Of a stretch of 64,000 nucleotides of DNA, positions 61,315 through 64,000 are shown piece by piece (the stretch's first letter is position 1; the number at the start of each line of letters is the position of its first letter). Source of the stretch: an uncultured virus (IMG/VR IMGVR_UViG_3300028569_000012) (Duplodnaviria; Heunggongvirae; Uroviricota; Caudoviricetes); IMG/VR virus record IMGVR_UViG_3300028569_000012. One strand, written 5' to 3'. The notes under the pieces were generated by a model that worked only from the letters and a program-made list of their open reading frames with translations, had not been told where the DNA came from and did not search any database. Made by a program: the position numbers and the translations under genes.

Positions 61315-62072
61315 GTGAAGTTGGACAAAACAAATTTATGAAAAAAAACGCAGTAATAACCACATACTATTGTAATGATTGTCTTGAACCTTCAAAAGAT
61401 CAGTTGAAGAAAAAATTTAATATTGATGGTGAGACCGAAGACATATTTGTAAATTTTTCCAGTGAGTTTGATCCTTTTCATATAGAAAAAATTTTGGACG
61501 TAGGACTAAGTAAAAGAAAAGATCTTGTATTTGGTAAAATTTTTCAACTTAGAAAATTTATTGAACAACAAATTTTAGGAAAATATGATAACTTGTTACA
61601 TATAGATTATTCCGACACAAAATTTGTTAAAAGTAGTGAAGATTTATTCCAAAATTTTATTGAAAGTGAAAAAGATATAGTTGTGTCTACTGAAAAAAAT
61701 TGTTGGCCATATTTGGATGTAGTTTCTTCTTGGTTCAATGGTAGTTTACCAATCAAAGAGTTTCATTATATTAACTCAGGTGCAATAATATCTAAAACAG
61801 AAAAGTTCTATGAAATTATACAAGAACTAGAAAAAATTTGTCTTACAACTAAAATCGACTTTTGGGACGACCAAGGTGTATGGCAATATTATTATCTAAT
61901 ACATAACAACTTAAATATTGATACAAAATGTCAATTTTTTTTCTCGACAGCCGACTTAGATGAATCATACTATAAATTGGAAAACAATATTATTACAACT
62001 AAATTTGGTACACAACCATATTTAATACACGATAATTCAAGTTTTTCGCTAAACTTAATACAAAAAATTTGA
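61311..62072 (+). CDS. PLOD/LH3-type GT-A glycosyltransferase
   Basis: HIDYSD, VSTEKNCWP, YINSG, DDQGVW, IDTKCQFF, PYLIHDN. Confidence 0.75.
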   Translation: MSEVGQNKFMKKNAVITTYYCNDCLEPSKDQLKKKFNIDGETEDIFVNFSSEFDPFHIEKILDVGLSKRKDLVFGKIFQLRKFIEQQILGKYDNLLHIDYSDTKFVKSSEDLFQNFIESEKDIVVSTEKNCWPYLDVVSSWFNGSLPIKEFHYINSGAIISKTEKFYEIIQELEKICLTTKIDFWDDQGVWQYYYLIHNNLNIDTKCQFFFSTADLDESYYKLENNIITTKFGTQPYLIHDNSSFSLNLIQKI

Positions 62073-62073
62073 C

Positions 62074-62676
62074 ATGAGTGTTTCTGGACATTTTGTATAC
62101 AAGGGATTGACAATTATGCAACACCCTGAAATTGAAAAGGCTTTCGAAGAGCTTTTGATTAAACTCAAACCAACAAAGGTGTTGGAGATTGGTACTTCAT
62201 CAGGTGGGCTTACCTTGATGATTAGGGACATTTTGGATAGAGTTGGTCTGTTAGAGACCCGTTTGATTACCTATGATGTATATGACCCACAATATCTGAG
62301 ACATCATGTGAATGATGGTGCTAATATTGATATTAGAGTAGAAAATGTATTTAATCATCAGTATTCTGATTTAGAAAATGGTCAGGATATTATTGACTAC
62401 GTAACCTCTGAAGGAACAACATTAGTTTTGTGTGATGGTGGAAGTAAAAAAAATGAGTTTAGGATTTTGTCAAATCTAATAAAGGTAGGTGATGTTATTA
62501 TGGCTCACGATTTTTCTCCAAATGAAAAGTATTTCATAGATAATATGTTGGAAAAAAGATGGAACTGGATGGAAATTCAAGACAGTGATATTAATCAGTC
62601 TGTGGTTGTAAATAACTTAAAACCCTATATGTCTGAACTTTTTTTAGATGTTGCTTGGGTTTGTAAAATGAAATAA
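62074..62676 (+). CDS. class I SAM methyltransferase (CmcI-like)
   Basis: MQHP, VLEIGTSSGG, TYD, CDGG, MAHD. Confidence 0.75.
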   Translation: MSVSGHFVYKGLTIMQHPEIEKAFEELLIKLKPTKVLEIGTSSGGLTLMIRDILDRVGLLETRLITYDVYDPQYLRHHVNDGANIDIRVENVFNHQYSDLENGQDIIDYVTSEGTTLVLCDGGSKKNEFRILSNLIKVGDVIMAHDFSPNEKYFIDNMLEKRWNWMEIQDSDINQSVVVNNLKPYMSELFLDVAWVCKMK

Positions 62677-62680
62677 TTTT

Positions 62681-64000
62681 ATGAGTAACAATTTAACTTT
62701 AGTAACCGGTTTATGGGATATAAAAAGATCCGAACTATCGAAAGATTGGTCAAGATCTTATGATCATTATTTAGAAAAGTTCAAGCAACTTCTTTTGGTA
62801 GAAAATAATATGATTATATTTGGTGAATCAGATTTACAAGATTTTGTCTTTGAACATCGTGATCGAGCTAATACGCAATTTATAGTAAGATCACAAGAAT
62901 GGTTCAAAAATGAATTTTTTGAAAAGATTCAAAAGATTAGAACTGATGAAAATTGGTTATTAGGAGCGGGTTGGTTACAAGAATCAACACAAGCAAGACT
63001 CGAAATGTATAATCCCTTGGTCATGTCCAAAGTATTTTTACTCAATGATGCTAATATTATGGATCAATTTAATTCTGAGTATTTGTTTTGGATTGATGCG
63101 GGTCTTACCAATACGGTTCACCCTGGTTATTTTACTCACGATAAAGTGTTACAAAAATTACCCAAATATGTTGATAAGTTCACTTTTATTTGTTTTCCGT
63201 ATGAGACCACAACTGAAATTCATGGATTTGACTCGGGTGAAATAAATAAAGTTGCCGGTGAAAAAGTAGATATCGTTGCCCGTGGAGGATTCTTTGGTGG
63301 TCCTAAATCTATTATAAGTGATATTAATGGGATTTATTACAACATACTCAGTAATACTTTAAACAGAGGTTTGATGGGAACTGAAGAATCTATATTCTCG
63401 ATTATGGTTTACAAACATTCCGACATAATAAATTATTATGAAATCGAGGGTAATGGTTTGATGGGTAAATTTTTTGAAGATCTAAAGGACGAAACACTTG
63501 TGAAAAAAAGTAAAAGGGATTCAAAGGTAATCGAATCAAATCTGAATATTGATAATACGGCTTTATATGTTATAACTTTCAATAGTCCGAAACAATTCGA
63601 AACTTTAATTACTTCAATGATTGAGTATGATGATGATTATATTAATAAACCTAAAAAATTCTTATTGAATAATTCTTCAGATTTATCGACAACTGAAAGA
63701 TATGAAGAATTGTGTAATGAATTTGGGTTCGAACATATCAAGAAGGATAACTTGGGGATTTGTGGAGGAAGACAATGGATCGCCGAACACTCGGAAGAAA
63801 ACAATTTCGATTTTTATTTATTCTTCGAGGACGATATGTTTTTCTTTCCTAAAAAGGGTGAAGTATGTAAAAATGGTTTTAACAGATATGAAAAAAATAT
63901 GTATCGTCATACTTTAGATATTGTAAAAAACTATGGTTATGATTTTTTAAAACTTAATTATACAGAATTCTTTGGTGACAATGGAATCCAATGGTCTTGG
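62681..64000 (+). CDS. HtrL/YibB-like glycosyltransferase fused to a second GT-A domain (partial; not in ORF track)
   Basis: MSNNLTLVTGLWDIKR..RSYDHY..F, MSK, FWIDAG, GGFFGG, TEES; later FFEDD; open to the window end. Confidence 0.75.
   Translation, partial: MSNNLTLVTGLWDIKRSELSKDWSRSYDHYLEKFKQLLLVENNMIIFGESDLQDFVFEHRDRANTQFIVRSQEWFKNEFFEKIQKIRTDENWLLGAGWLQESTQARLEMYNPLVMSKVFLLNDANIMDQFNSEYLFWIDAGLTNTVHPGYFTHDKVLQKLPKYVDKFTFICFPYETTTEIHGFDSGEINKVAGEKVDIVARGGFFGGPKSIISDINGIYYNILSNTLNRGLMGTEESIFSIMVYKHSDIINYYEIEGNGLMGKFFEDLKDETLVKKSKRDSKVIESNLNIDNTALYVITFNSPKQFETLITSMIEYDDDYINKPKKFLLNNSSDLSTTERYEELCNEFGFEHIKKDNLGICGGRQWIAEHSEENNFDFYLFFEDDMFFFPKKGEVCKNGFNRYEKNMYRHTLDIVKNYGYDFLKLNYTEFFGDNGIQWSW

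Noticed and set aside
1..64000. Stop-codon recoding
   Set aside because: Core genes are full length in the standard code, and TAA, TAG and TGA all end genes at sensible boundaries
1..64000. tRNA or structured ncRNA genes
   Set aside because: Intergenic gaps are short and I saw no cloverleaf; a tRNAscan/Infernal run would be needed to exclude them
32647..64000. Eukaryotic giant virus or bacterial capsule locus as the source
   Set aside because: Glycan genes are interleaved with T4-like head genes, a phage sigma, phoH and bS21; no flippase, polymerase, export or NCLDV core genes seen

Overview
This window is part of a large AT-rich tailed dsDNA phage genome (T4-like head genes, standard genetic code). 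The host is probably Bacteroidota, inferred from a phage-encoded ribosomal protein bS21, no evident Shine-Dalgarno motifs and one canonical TTTG-N19-TAnnTTTG promoter. Layout: (i) 0.1-7.5 kb, accessory and putative head-internal genes, including an ATE1/Bpt-like aminoacyl-tRNA-protein transferase, a flavodoxin-like protein, a KTSC protein and a nucleotidyltransferase. (ii) 7.5-17.2 kb, terminase, portal, an antisense bS21, prohead protease, scaffold and major capsid protein. (iii) 17.3-24 kb and 54.7-58.5 kb, probable virion proteins with mucin-like Pro/Thr/Ser tracts, a 247-triplet Gly-X-Y (GSS/GTS) tract and LamG-like domains. (iv) 24-32.6 kb, sulfotransferase, baseplate spike and gp55-like sigma factor. 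(v) 32.6-52 kb and 58.6-64 kb, large glycan loci (GT2, GT-B, two GT47 exostosins, heptose kinase and nucleotidyltransferase, acyltransferases, GT60, GT25, two PLOD-type GT domains, methyltransferase, HtrL-like GT). The leading hypothesis is a phage-encoded protein O-glycosylation (glycocalyx) system acting on the phage's own Ser/Thr-rich virion proteins. A recurrent TATTTAT motif before at least 15 genes is a candidate late promoter. All family calls come from motif recognition by eye, not database searches.
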